Assembly (NCBI RefSeq): GCF_001194135.2
Contig: NC_068982.1
Coordinates: 141,075,661-141,133,130, forward strand
Length of the DNA: 57,470 nt
DNA from: Octopus bimaculoides
Lineage: Eukaryota
Direction of reading: 5' to 3'
The position numbers and the translations under genes are program-made. Below the pieces are notes generated by a model. It was not told where the DNA came from, searched no databases, and saw nothing but the letters and a program-made list of their open reading frames with translations. How positions within the stretch are numbered: the stretch's first letter is position 1; every line of letters starts with the position of its first letter. Positions 12,894 through 25,382 of the stretch are shown here, piece after piece.

Positions 12894-14689
12894 CTAGAAA
12901 AAAATTCAACCCACTTCCATATGGATATTTCGAGTGTTGTATGATCCACCGATTATATGTTGCATTAACGAGTGCACCAATTACAAAATAATTTCTTAAT
13001 TAGGCATGTACTTAAATAATTCTCTAATGTTTCTAATTGAATTTATGATACCTACAACATTTTACTTGAAGATTTGTTGCATATATATGTCTTTAATAAT
13101 TAATCTGAAGCAAAAATGTTCATTCCCCAACATTTTGTATGTGCCTATATAGATTGATTATCGTGTCGCCCTTTGGCAAATTCATTGAATTTTAAATTTT
13201 AGGCTTTAGAAATTAGGTGTATTATGAGTCAAAAGTATGTGGTGGGTTAAAATGTTATTCTTTGAGCTGATGTCCTATGTTCATTATCGCATAAGTATTT
13301 CTAATTAGATTCATTATTCTCATTACATTATATATTTTAACACAAATACAATGTGCACCATTGAAATCATATTTGTAATTTAAATATACTTATCTTCTTT
13401 TGAGAAGGAAGCCTCATTTTGGAGTAATTAAGCTTCGTGTCGAATGACATAACATATGCATTGAGAATTTAACGATGTTGTTCTTTGTTAAATTAGTGAA
13501 TGTCGTGAACAAATTCATTACAAGTTTTGTTTTCGTCTTTGCATATCGATTTAAAATCCAACCAGACTCGCTTTACATCTCACTATGTCGAGATTGATAC
13601 AATAATCACGAAGTATGTTATCGACATTTTCGTGAGATTAACCGCACGTATGAATAATTAAAGCCGAACATATAATATGCTAGCAACTACGTTTCCATTT
13701 TAATGTGTCGTTAGAAATGAATCGATTGGTATCATTAAATTATTTTGGAGAAATGTTGCCAAATTTCAATTATTTTTTCACGAATTTAAAATTACCATGA
13801 GCTTGATGGTTTTCACTCACCGCTATCATATTGCTTAATGGCCTATGCTATAAATTTCAAATGACCTGAGAAGAATATTCATCACTAAAAAGAGAATGAA
13901 TGTTTTACAGACATAATTGTTGAAACTATTATTGAAATCCATAATTAGCCTAGCATATTCAGATTAATATGAGACTTTAATTGAAAAACCATGATTTGAC
14001 TTCCTGTATCGATATTTTGTAGTGTATTAAGACTACTGAGCATATAAGTTCAGAAACGAAGGAGACAATCTGCTCTGTATTAAGAAGTATATGAGTATAA
14101 TTTGAAAACTTTCTTCCACATATTATAATACAATGCAATCTAATATAACATAATATAACAAAATATAATATAATATAATATAATATAATATAGTATAATA
14201 TAATAGCGATATGCATTCGTTTCTAAACGAAAAACATTGATAACGACATGTATGTTTCGTTTGCAGGCACCAACTTGAATTTTTTTTTCTGTAACCTTCT
14301 AAAACGATTATATATTTTACTCTAAAAAAGTATTGTGATGAAGGTTATTTACATGTTAGGTAAAATATACGTCTAAAAAAGATTGCTGTTTTTCGATGGT
14401 AGAACAATAGCTGTAATATTCTTGTGACTTTTCGATAGTTTATTTTCCTCTGAGCATGAAGCAAAAGAAAATTTGTAGTCATATGCGATTACGACTGTAG
14501 ATTATTTTACGGGTGTCTTTTCTCAGCAATAGTTCTCATTATGATTGGATAAATTTTCTATGAATTTCGCTTATGGCAAGCCCGAATCAAGAAATGCATT
14601 TTGGAGAAATATTGTCATTTATTGTGTATTTTTGTTTTATATTTAGGGAGACAATCAAGGTAGATTAACGTGTTACTCTTCAATGCATC

Positions 14690-15240
14690 ACACTGGTTTC
14701 AAAACATAACACAAGGCCAACGTGGTACGGGGTAGATGTATTACACCAACATGTGTGCTCAACTGCTACATATTTTATTGAGCAGAATGTCTGATTGTCA
14801 ATGACAGTGTTACTCTCGGGGGCATTTGAACTTGAAAAGTATCGACGAACGTAATGCCGGTAAATATTTCACGCTCTGGGCAAGGCCAGCAATTTTTAAT
14901 TGAATGGATGAGTCGGTTACAAAGACCCACTGCTCAATTGTTTTTTTTTAATTTTAAGGACGCCGCAAATATGAGAGGCAAAGTCGGCATCCGCTGCATT
15001 TGAACTCAGACTGTAATGACAGAAGAACTGCCACGGTAACGATATAACTGCATTACATTGGTTTCTAATTTTGTCATAAAGCCAGCAATTTTGTGATAGG
15101 GTGTGAGACGAATATATTGACCCCTGTTTTATAGATCTCGGACAGATGAAAGGCAAAGTTGATATTGGTGGAGTTTGAACTCAGAATGTAAAGACCGACC
15201 GAAATGCCATTAAGCCTTTTGCCCGGGGCTAACGATTGCA
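14690..15240 (-). mobile_element. Three adjacent old SINE-B copies
   Basis: Repeated gcatttgaact(c)ag / ggcaaagt.g motifs at about 14820, 14995 and 15175. Confidence 0.65.
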
Positions 15241-15889
15241 ATGAACCATATTAAAAATCATATTAACGAGAAGCTCACAGAAAATTCAAATGGGAAATAT
15301 ATCAGATCGAGATATCTTGATCGCTTTATCTTATCGATCTTATTCATGTCCTTCTACGAATATGGCTGATAAGAACTATTGAATTGTCGAAATTAACCAC
15401 CGCATGTAGTTGTGAGTAAAAAAGTATTAAATGATTTGTAGTGAATAATAATTATCGGAGATGAAATTTATGCTTGAGATAATTTCCTAAGATTCCTCCA
15501 AGGTTCATTAGAATAAAGGTTTGAAGGGGTGAATGGAAGAATTGAATGAAAAGTAATTAGTTTCGAAAAAAAGAAGTAATACGTTGAGAGCCATGATTAA
15601 CTGGAATTAAAGAGTGGGGATAATATTTTAACAATATATAGAAAATAAAGTTATGTATTCATAAAGTATTGCTATAATACTTAATTATTGTATATAATAT
15701 AATATACATTTAGCGATAACGATGAACAATGCAGTGAATTTGGCGAATTACAAAAGAAATAGATGTGATTAGGTGGAAATTGAATAGCATAAATATTTCA
15801 GTGTCTGTGTGTAAGATTCTGCGTGTGCATGACTAGTTGTGCTAGTGTATATATGTACAAAAGCGAGTGTCTGTTAGTGTGTATAAACG

Positions 15890-15895
15890 TGTGTA

Positions 15896-15928
<33 letters not shown>

Positions 15929-15947
15929 CTCTGTCTCTGTCTCTCTC

Positions 15948-16035
<88 letters not shown>

Positions 16036-16159
16036 TATAGCAATCTAAATAATAATAATAATGATAATAATAATTGTTATTATTATTATTATAATGATAA
16101 TAATAGTAATAATAATATTAATAGTAATAATGTTAATAATGATAATAATAATAATAATA

Positions 16160-16210
<51 letters not shown>

Positions 16211-16240
16211 GTAATTATTATTATTATTATTATTACAATG
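15890..16240. repeat. Compound microsatellite (TATC)(TC)(TA)(AAT)n(TAT)n
   Basis: Read directly; explains ORFs 15823..16257 and 16061..16261. Confidence 0.95.
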
Positions 16241-16299
16241 CAAGATGGAATTTATAAATAATTTAATGAATCGTTATATGTGTTTCTACAAAGTACATG

Positions 16300-16740
16300 T
16301 TTCTTACGATCATAATCCGTATTCCTGGCATGATTACACTACAGTCGGGTGGATCTTCTTTAAATGCTCATTCTCTTGGCCGATCTGACATTTACTTTGG
16401 AGTCATCGAATGTATAACTGAAGATTGTTTGTCAAGTTTGACCAATGAAAACCTTCGTTAGGGTATGCGAGCAATATTTTGTGTCTTTCGTGGAAACGTG
16501 AGGAAGTGGATGGAAGGAGAGAAAGGCATGGTGATTATAAAGGAGAGGGAATTGTATGTGCTGAAGGTAGACTTACTTTGATATTTGTGTATGCAGATGT
16601 CAGGATGGCTAGAATAGAGTTCATTAGTTTGATCTTAGTTACAGTAGGCGCTCGCTCAGTTTATTAAGGTCTAGTAGGGTCAGGAAGTACAGATACTCTG
16701 TTGTTGAAATTCGTTTCCTGAGATGACAGATGGTATTCTC
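16300..16740 (-). mobile_element. Possible Penelope GIY-YIG relic
   Basis: Minus-strand ..IARIP*..KVFIGQT*QTI resembles VYRIPC.C.KVYIGQT; the match needs a frameshift. Confidence 0.28.
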
Positions 16741-17110
16741 TTAAAATGTTCATTTAATTACATTTGGTGGTAAAATGATATAGAATATAGCGTATGCGTA
16801 TGACAATAATAAATACTTTGTGTAGTTTTAAATGTTCTTCACTTATATCATTATCACATACAGTCATATCTTGAACCATAAGACCAGTCTAAAAATCCGT
16901 GAACTATGACAAACTATCGCAGAAACAAAAACATCCTTTTGATTTCACAAACTATGTGAACGCTTTCCCCCACCAACCAATGTCCCACGCTATTTCTGAA
17001 AATAGCAACCATCTTTGCCAAAACACATACAAGACTGGAGAAGAAGAAAACAAGTCGGTCATACCCCTAAAATTCTTTATAAATATTTCAATATCATTTC
17101 TTATGAATGC

Positions 17111-17315
17111 TGTGTCTGGAGAGAGTCATTCTCTTTTAATGCCTTATAATTTAACACACTCACCGGTAAAATTTCCATTCATTTCCTTCTATTGAAAAGG
17201 TGGCAAAACGCAACGAAAATTTTAGAAAAATAAAAAATAAGAAATAAGCGGTAATTTTATCGGTGAGTGTGTTAAATCATAAGGCACTAAAAGAGAATGA
17301 CTCTCACTAGACACA
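17111..17315. repeat. Inverted repeat / foldback (MITE-like) element
   Basis: Arms 17121-17173 and 17253-17305 are reverse complements with 3 mismatches in 53 bp. They extend about 10 bp outward; spacer 79 bp. Confidence 0.9.
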
Positions 17316-17699
17316 ACAGAATATGCTTAAACACACGAACTCACATAAAGAATCTTGGAAACCAAATCCGAAAACGAAAATTTCTTTTCAATACTGCCAC
17401 AAATTCTTTCTGTTCGTATGCTTATATACTAACATGATTTTTCATGCAGTTATAAATAATTATGAATATATTTCACTATCTATTTTGAACACTTTTGTGT
17501 AAATTGTTTAAACACAAAGCCCCTCTTGACATTTTCTTATTATTGTCAAAGACTCTGTCACTGTATTTTAATACATGTATGTTAACCATTTTTTTAACAC
17601 CAGAAAGGCTGCGCAAAGTCTTATATTTTACTTTTTATTTTTTTTATTTTTTAGAGCAAAACCGGTCAAGTCAATAAACGTATTTAAATGACCTGTATA

Positions 17700-17730
<31 letters not shown>

Positions 17731-18023
17731 NNNNNNNNNNNNNNNNNNNNNNNNNNNNNNNNNNNNNNNNNNNNNNNNNNNNNNNNNNNNNNNNNNNNNN
17801 NNNNNNNNNNNNNNNNNNNNNNNNNNNNNNNNNNNNNNNNNNNNNNNNNNNNNNNNNNNNNNNNNNNNNNNNNNNNNNNNNNNNNNNNNNNNNNNNNNNN
17901 NNNNNNNNNNNNNNNNNNNNNNNNNNNNNNNNNNNNNNNNNNNNNNNNNNNNNNNNNNNNNNNNNNNNNNNNNNNNNNNNNNNNNNNNNNNNNNNNNNNN
18001 NNNNNNNNNNNNNNNNNNNNNNN

Positions 18024-18056
<33 letters not shown>

Positions 18057-18057
<1 letters not shown>

Positions 18058-18360
18058 GCTTAGCATTAGGGTATTCGGATCCCGATCGTAAGGTCGTGAG
18101 TTCAATTCCCAGTGACATGTTGTGCCCTTCAGCAAGATGTTTTTTTTTGGCACCTTGATCTAGTCCCCTCAACTAGCAAAAAATAGTAGTACCTGTTTTT
18201 TCACATGGCAAGCTGTGTCACGCTGAATCTCCCTGAGAACTGTGATAGGGGCACACGTGTCTGTGGAGTGTTGAGTGACTTGCACGTTAATTTCACGAGC
18301 AGCTGTTTGTTCTGTTGATCGCTCCGAGAGAATCCCTTCATCCTTGTAACCGACGGAACG
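18057..18360 (+). mobile_element. SINE-C copy, near full length
   Basis: tRNA-like head with B-box gagttcaattcc, then gttgtgcccttcagcaaga and the conserved body cacgtgtctgtggagtg...gcacgttaatttcacgagcag. Confidence 0.88.
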
Positions 18361-19004
18361 CAAATAATTGTGCACGTGTGTGTGTGTGTGTGTATGTATG
18401 TGTGCGTGTGTATATGTGTATGTGTATGTGACTGGGTGGGTTTGTGTGTGTCTTTTATTTTTCAATTATTATAAATCTTCCACTAAGGAGGGAGCCGACT
18501 TCCAACAAACATATGAGGCTCCACTTTGGGGATGTGGTTAACTCAGACATTCATGTAGAGGAAGGGTGAAGTAATGTGAGACAGGAAATGTGTGATAAAG
18601 CATATACCTATTATAATTGAAGATTATATCTCATATCCTGCTAATACGATATAATTTTGCATGATTCCTCTGTAGTGTAGAACATTTTTCTAGTTCACAG
18701 ATCACTGGCAGAAGAATTTCAGTCTCCTGCTAAGATTCGCTATGAATAATAACCATATCGTTTATTTTCCTTATTTGTTAGGGCTGATATGAAGGGGTTA
18801 GTATAACGAATCGACGCTAGTACTTAATTTTAATTCTGGTGCCTATCCCCCCTGCCCGTTTTTATTATGGTTGGGGGCAGGTGATCCTCTAGGTTTCTGT
18901 GATATATACAATTTAACAATGTCTGTCAAGCAGTCGTTTGTGACATATTAATACACAAAGATGCACACAGAGATACACATATAAATGCAACTCGATTCTT
19001 TCTA

Positions 19005-19110
19005 TTTTCTATTTCCGTCTACGAAATCCGGTCACAATATTTCCAGTTGGCATGGGACACCTGCTAAAAGTGTCACACAGTGCAACTGAGCCCGAAACCA
19101 TATAGCAATC
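19005..19110 (-). mobile_element. Decayed SINE-A fragment
   Basis: tttccgtctacgaaatcc...actgagcccgaaaccat is the reverse complement of SINE-A motifs. Confidence 0.5.
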
Positions 19111-20009
19111 ACACGATATGCTTATGCAACTTTTCTCGGAACACGAATCTAATTTATACGCTTATTCTTCATTCAGATAATAATGTTTCATGTGAAATAC
19201 TGAATTTAAAGCTTAAGAGAAAGCTTAACTATCATGTTAAAATATTCAATTCTGTTACATTTAATATCGTTGAGAATTTTCCGTATAATTAGGATGCTTT
19301 CCCTTGTACTGATATTTGCATTTTATGTCCTGACATCATTATATTGCATATGCTGTAAAACATACTAAATGAAATGATTAATTGCATATTGTCTCATGTA
19401 TAGAAATTGAAAAGTCATCAATAATTTAGCCTAAAACTAACGGCATATTTGCAAGATTAAAATATAAAGCTGTATGATGAATCGCTATTAAATTCTTCCA
19501 AAGAATTTGACATCAACAAATACATAATAGAAGGATTTAAAGAACGTGCAAAATGTTCCCCAACTTTTGCTAATCTGCTTAGTCTCGTAGCAAACTTTAG
19601 TTTATTGGAAACCAAAATATACCCCAGCCTTCTTCAATTTATTTACATTACAAGCTGTTGCAGATGCTCTAAGGATTAGAAGTTGTAAAGTATCATACAT
19701 AATCAGGAATTACGTTAGAAAATATTCAATGGAAGCAACAACTCAATTATCATACTTTGGAGAATTTTACATATTTTGGGCGTTATATTATGCGAGGCAA
19801 AATTTGAGTGTGTTTTTTTTTTTATTGTTCTCCTATTTTGGCGATTTTGGTAACGATTGAATACTTAGAAACTTGCTTGCTGAATCTGCATAGTGCTTTC
19901 ATTAAAGCAATTATATCATTTATCTTCATTAACATCCTTCTCTTACCATTTCGTGTCTTCTTTCACTTCATTTCACTCATGCATCACAGTCTTGTTCGCA
20001 CCATCTCAA

Positions 20010-20400
20010 TCAACATCCTCCTCCTCCTCCTCCTCCTCCTCCTCCTCNNNNNNNNNNNNNNNNNNNNNNNNNNNNNNNNNNNNACCTCCTCCTCCTCCTC
20101 CTCCTCCTCCTCCTCCTCATCATCATCATCATCATCAAGATCGTCGTCATCGTTGTCGTCGTAACCCTTATCATTGTGATAGACGTTGTTATCAAAATCA
20201 TCATAACTCATCGTCATCGTCATGGTTGTGGCTATCATCGCTGTTATCATCGTCGTCGTCATCATCATTATAACCATCATAACCACAATAAGCATCATTA
20301 TCACTACCAAGCTAATCATCCTCACTTCACCTCCTTGTCCGTCCTCCTCATCGTTGTTACCATACTTACCACAGTAACAACAACATACATGCATTAATAT
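20010..20400. repeat. Low-complexity trinucleotide block (TCC)n/(TCA)n/(TCG)n with gap
   Basis: Read directly. Confidence 0.9.
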
Positions 20401-20679
20401 TATTAACATCAACCGATTCAACATCAATATTTACACGGCCATAGTTAAATACATTGTCATCATTCGCTCCATCACGCCATCCACCTATAACATGACGCCA
20501 CCCCACCCCATGGTAGTTCTTAGTATCCCGTTCATAATAATTGATTTTGATAATATCAACACAGTTGTTATTTCATCAGTACCAATACCGTCATCGTTTT
20601 AATCATATCAATAACATATCCAAAGCGTTATCAAATATCAAAGTCGTTAACTTATATTTATGTTTAATTTTGTGAAGAT

Positions 20680-20850
20680 TCGTGGCTGAGTGGTTAGGAT
20701 ACTCGCGCTTACGATCGTATGATTGTGAGTTAGATTCCCGGCAGCGCGTTGTATTTCTGGAACGAGATACTTTAATTTGCATTGCTTCCAGGTCGCTCAG
20801 CTGCCAAACACGACTTGTAGCTGTACAGCAATCCCTCGGCTATCGCAAGT
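20680..20850 (+). mobile_element. Decayed SINE-C-type head and body
   Basis: cgtggctgagtggttagg...gattgtgagttagattcccggcagcgcgttg. Confidence 0.65.
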
Positions 20851-20963
20851 ATTACGTTCCACCAGCACCACTAGCACCACCACCACTTCGCCATAGGTGA
20901 AAATCTGCGAAGTAGGAACGGTACTGTTTTGTATATATTTTTAAAATTATTTTTATAATTTCC

Positions 20964-21185
20964 GGCGGCGAGCAGGCAGAATCGTTAGTACGCCGGGCCA
21001 AATGCTTAGCGGTATTTCATCTGTCTTTTACGTTCTGAGTTTCAATTCCGCCGAGGTCGACTTTGCTATCCATCATTTCGGGATTAAGTACCAGTTAAGC
21101 ACTCGGGTCGATGTAATCGACTTAATCGCTTTGTCTCTCCTTGTTTGGCCCCTCTTTGTTTATCCCCTTGTGATAAATAAGACAC
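20964..21185 (+). mobile_element. SINE-B unit ending in the inter-unit linker
   Basis: Full head and body, then ttaatcgctttgtctctccttgtttggcccc...ccccttgtgataaataag. Confidence 0.88.
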
Positions 21186-21364
21186 ATTAGTAGGCTGGCT
21201 GGTTATCTACACATATAATATCTTATTCCAATTAATCCATTAGTTTGAAAGTAGGCAAATAAGTGATTTATGTAGAACATTTTGTGAAGTAAAACAAAAG
21301 AGGCGCTGTTGGTTGCTTAGCATATTGTTGAGTTTAGCCTTTTCTTAATATTTCCCTCAGCCAG

Positions 21365-21738
21365 GGCGGCAAGCTGGTAGAAATGTTAGCACGCCGGGCC
21401 AAACGCTTAGCGGCATTTCGTCTGTATTTATTTCTGAGTTCCGATTCCACCGAGGTCGACTTTGCCTTTCATACTTTCGGGGTCGATAATTTAAGTACCA
21501 GTTACGCACTGGGATCGATCTAATCGACTTAATCCCTTTCTCTGTCCTTGTTTGCCCTTGTGGGCAATAAAGAAATAAGAAACGTTAGCGGTATTTCGCC
21601 TCTCTTCACGTTCTGAGTTCAAACTTTGCCCTTCATCCTTTCGGGGACGAAGAATTTAGTACCAGTTGCGTACTGGGTCCGATCTAATCAACTAGCCCCC
21701 TTCCCCAAAATTTCGGGCGTTGTGCTTAGAGTAGAAAA
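21365..21738 (+). mobile_element. SINE-B dimer
   Basis: Unit 1, linker ending gtgggcaataaagaaataag, restart at aaacgttagc, then unit 2 with terminal tail aaaatttcgggcgttgtgcttagagtagaaaa. Confidence 0.88.
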
Positions 21739-21824
21739 TGTTATTTTTAATAATTTCTATATATCTATTTTATTATGAATTCAAAACAACACCACAGATG
21801 AATCGACTTAAGCTTAAATAATAA

Positions 21825-21877
21825 ACCGCGAAAGGTGAACCGCGATAGGTGAATCATGATATGGCGAGGGATTACTG
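21825..21877. mobile_element. Possible pogo/Tigger-type MITE terminus
   Basis: Tandem aaccgcga(a/t)aggtg and end gcgagggattactg (reverse complement CAGTAATCCCTCG). The partner end was not found. Confidence 0.3.
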
Positions 21878-21879
21878 CT

Positions 21880-22050
21880 TTCAAAGGATCACTCTTATCA
21901 CATTCTGTGCCACGCTGAATATCTTTGATAATTACGTTTGGGTTACGCGTGATCGTAGTGTCACTTTCACGATAACCTCACAAGCATGCTGTTCCGTTGA
22001 TCAGATGAACTGGAACCCACTTCATTGTAATCGACGGATGGTCAGTTTTC
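21880..22050 (+). mobile_element. Decayed SINE-C 3' part
   Basis: gtgccacgctgaatatc...gctgttccgttgatcagatgaactggaaccc...gtaatcgacgga. Confidence 0.65.
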
Positions 22051-22609
22051 GAACGTTTGATTGTAGCGCCAAAATCTGAACCTGGGCTCGTGAATCGCCA
22101 GCTTTGATCTTTATGATTGATATTGATTGTTGGGTTATCTAAGGCCAGTAGCGTTCAATCCAATTTTATCACATTGAAGTAACTGTACTGTTTCGGATGA
22201 TTTGTTTAATTAAAACCCTTCTAGACGATGCACCAGGATGTATGTATTCCATGTATAGAATTTTCTGACAATTTCAGATGATGTTGGCTTCAATGGAGAT
22301 TGTAAGTATTTATGAATATTTTAAAATATTCCGGCATAACTATTTTAAACTACACAATCTCTAGTACTTGTGTATTTTCAATTCTGTTTCGTAGACTCTC
22401 AGTATTTTTGCCTAAGGCACGATGAGGTAACCAAAATAACTCCAGTAGACAAACTAGGCAAAGGGACAAACAAGTACACACATACACACACGCACACAAA
22501 TGTTCATCAGGAGTCTTGGAGAAATTTCGAACGTGGGTTCTCAGTCCTAAAGTATTTTTCGATGTTGTTCTTGTTATTATTATTATTATTATTAGAATTA
22601 TTATCCTTA

Positions 22610-22647
<38 letters not shown>

Positions 22648-22651
22648 GTTA

Positions 22652-22728
22652 TTCAGGTCACTGCTTGGAATCGAGCTCGAAAGCTTGGTGTTAGTACCCC
22701 GTGCACTTTACCACTACGCCATATGCCC
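22652..22728 (-). mobile_element. Short tRNA-derived SINE with (AAT)n tail
   Basis: Minus strand: gggcatatggcgtagtggtaaag (A-box), gagctcgattcc (B-box-like), aagcagtgacctgaataacaataataat. Tail spans 22570-22651. Confidence 0.75.
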
Positions 22729-22729
22729 A

Positions 22730-22865
22730 AGACACCTCATGAAGCCTGGAAGGTATATGAGACGAAACGTTCTGTTAACAACAAACAAGATGAGGACAAA
22801 TATCCATCAAATGTAAATAATGTAAAGGATGTACATAATTCCTCGTCTCTTAAATATAGAATTCT
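22730..22865 (+). mobile_element. Penelope-type terminus with decayed minimal hammerhead-like motif
   Basis: gacac-CTCATGA-agcctggaaggtatatgagac-GAAAC-GTT-ctgtt, then an A/T-rich 3' region. Confidence 0.55.
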
Positions 22866-22965
22866 ATTAAATATTATAGTTTAATGAAATTTAAGAATTG
22901 TAAATTTTCTTTTAATGCATACAAAGATTAAAACTACTGTTTTCCGTATTTATAACTAATCCTAA

Positions 22966-22996
<31 letters not shown>

Positions 22997-23094
22997 AACA
23001 TATGCATACATACGCACACGTATGTATATATTAGTAGGGTAACATGATTTATTTACCAAATATTTGAGTAATGTTTGATATTTCTTTCTATGAA

Positions 23095-23320
23095 GGTTGT
23101 GAGCTGTGAGCATTGTTACCGCTCCCGGGAAATTGCCTAGCGGCTTTTCATTTCGCTTTAAATTCTGAGCTTCAGAAACCGCTGGGGTCGAACTTCCATT
23201 TTACCCTCAGGATCCATGCTATAAATACGAGTTGAACAGTTGAGGGTTGATATAAACGATTTACCCTTTCCACAGAAATTACTGGTCATGTGCTTTATTA
23301 TAAACTAATATTCATTCCAT
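23095..23320 (+). mobile_element. Old SINE-B copy
   Basis: ggttgtgagctg...cctagcggc...ttctgagcttcag...ggggtcga motifs in SINE-B order. Confidence 0.6.
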
Positions 23321-23554
23321 CCATAAGCTTCAGGCTAGAAATATTTTGTAAAGTGTATGCGTTTTAATCAACTCTGGAGAAGAAAAAGAAATTTGCATTA
23401 AATATATGCAGACTTTTCAGTTTTGTAAGGTTTTAACATTTATTGTTGAAAATTAGCAGAAAGTGTGCCCCGTCGAGCGTTTTCCATTACAAAAGTTATA
23501 AACACAAAGAATCGTTTTCAAAGGATCACAAGAGAGCCGCCATAGATTAGGCAC

Positions 23555-23713
23555 ATACATGCATATATGCATGTACGTACGTATGTATGTATGTATGTAT
23601 GTATGTATGTATGTATGCATGTATGTATGTGTGTATGTATGTATGTATGTATCTATGTATGTGTGTATCTATCTATCTATCTATCTATCTATATATCTAT
23701 CTATCTATATATA

Positions 23714-23779
<66 letters not shown>

Positions 23780-24445
23780 NNNNNNNNNNNNNNNNNNNNN
23801 NNNNNNNNNNNNNNNNNNNNNNNNNNNNNNNNNNNNNNNNNNNNNNNNNNNNNNNNNNNNNNNNNNNNNNNNNNNNNNNNNNNNNNNNNNNNNNNNNNNN
23901 NNNNNNNNNNNNNNNNNNNNNNNNNNNNNNNNNNNNNNNNNNNNNNNNNNNNNNNNNNNNNNNNNNNNNNNNNNNNNNNNNNNNNNNNNNNNNNNNNNNN
24001 NNNNNNNNNNNNNNNNNNNNNNNNNNNNNNNNNNNNNNNNNNNNNNNNNNNNNNNNNNNNNNNNNNNNNNNNNNNNNNNNNNNNNNNNNNNNNNNNNNNN
24101 NNNNNNNNNNNNNNNNNNNNNNNNNNNNNNNNNNNNNNNNNNNNNNNNNNNNNNNNNNNNNNNNNNNNNNNNNNNNNNNNNNNNNNNNNNNNNNNNNNNN
24201 NNNNNNNNNNNNNNNNNNNNNNNNNNNNNNNNNNNNNNNNNNNNNNNNNNNNNNNNNNNNNNNNNNNNNNNNNNNNNNNNNNNNNNNNNNNNNNNNNNNN
24301 NNNNNNNNNNNNNNNNNNNNNNNNNNNNNNNNNNNNNNNNNNNNNNNNNNNNNNNNNNNNNNNNNNNNNNNNNNNNNNNNNNNNNNNNNNNNNNNNNNNN
24401 NNNNNNNNNNNNNNNNNNNNNNNNNNNNNNNNNNNNNNATATATA
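23555..24445. repeat. (ATGT)n/(ATCT)n/(TA)n microsatellite with large assembly gap
   Basis: Read directly. Confidence 0.95.
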
Positions 24446-25382
24446 TGCTACAAGTATGTTGAAATATTGAGAAATGAATGATTGTGGCTGTGTTAAGGTA
24501 ATATATATTGAATAAGAAATTATGGCGGTGATGTTTACTTACTGAAATGTAAACTTCTGCAACTAGAGGAAGATTAATATATTGAAGTCCACATAAAGTA
24601 AAGGTCACCCGTATTATGATATGAAACGGTGAACTAAAATAACTTCCGATAACTAAATTGAAAATCTAATGAATTACCTTGTTCTTTATTAAATGTTGTT
24701 TATACTACACCGTGATAAATGTATTCCAGTAGATAAACTACAAAGCTGTCCATTCGACCGTGTTCATGAAGCTTATTATCACGTAAACATACAGGGAAAT
24801 ATCTATTGCATTTTCTCTCCCCTTTTATATTCCTGATTTGCAAATCGAAGGATGATTATAAGTGGAGTGATTACTCGAGATAAATTCTCGAAAATTTTAG
24901 TGAATGAACCACGTGAATTCCGAGATTATATGAAAGTTTTCAAAATAATGAAAATTGATAAATTGTATTGCACTTTACTCTCAACACTGATTAACATAAT
25001 ATGATGTCTAAAGGCCTTTTATTAAGGAGTATATTACTCACGGGGAAACAACATAAACCGAGGCTATCATAATGCTGGAATGCTAGAGTGATAGAAACTA
25101 CTGCGTGTTAATTCTGCATTATTTATAATATTCTTTCTTATGGAAACATACAATTCCCACATCTTTTCAGAGGGAGGTAATTCACTTCGGAACTATGAAA
25201 GCGGAGAATATTTCAACAAGAAATGATACAATATGAAACGTATTATCTTTGACAAACACTATTCAGTTACACAACAAAATAAAGTCATAACCGTAGCGTG
25301 ATATATGTTCACCTTCTAGTCTTTAGTTTAACGCATTAAAAGCTATATATTTTTCAAGACTTGCTCGATTCCTTCTTAGTAA

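Noticed and set aside
13821-13865. 45-nt segment with strong acceptor and GTGAGT donor (minus strand)
   Set aside because: Stops in all three frames. Not called coding; it shows that splice-like pairs occur by chance (a non-coding exon is not excluded).
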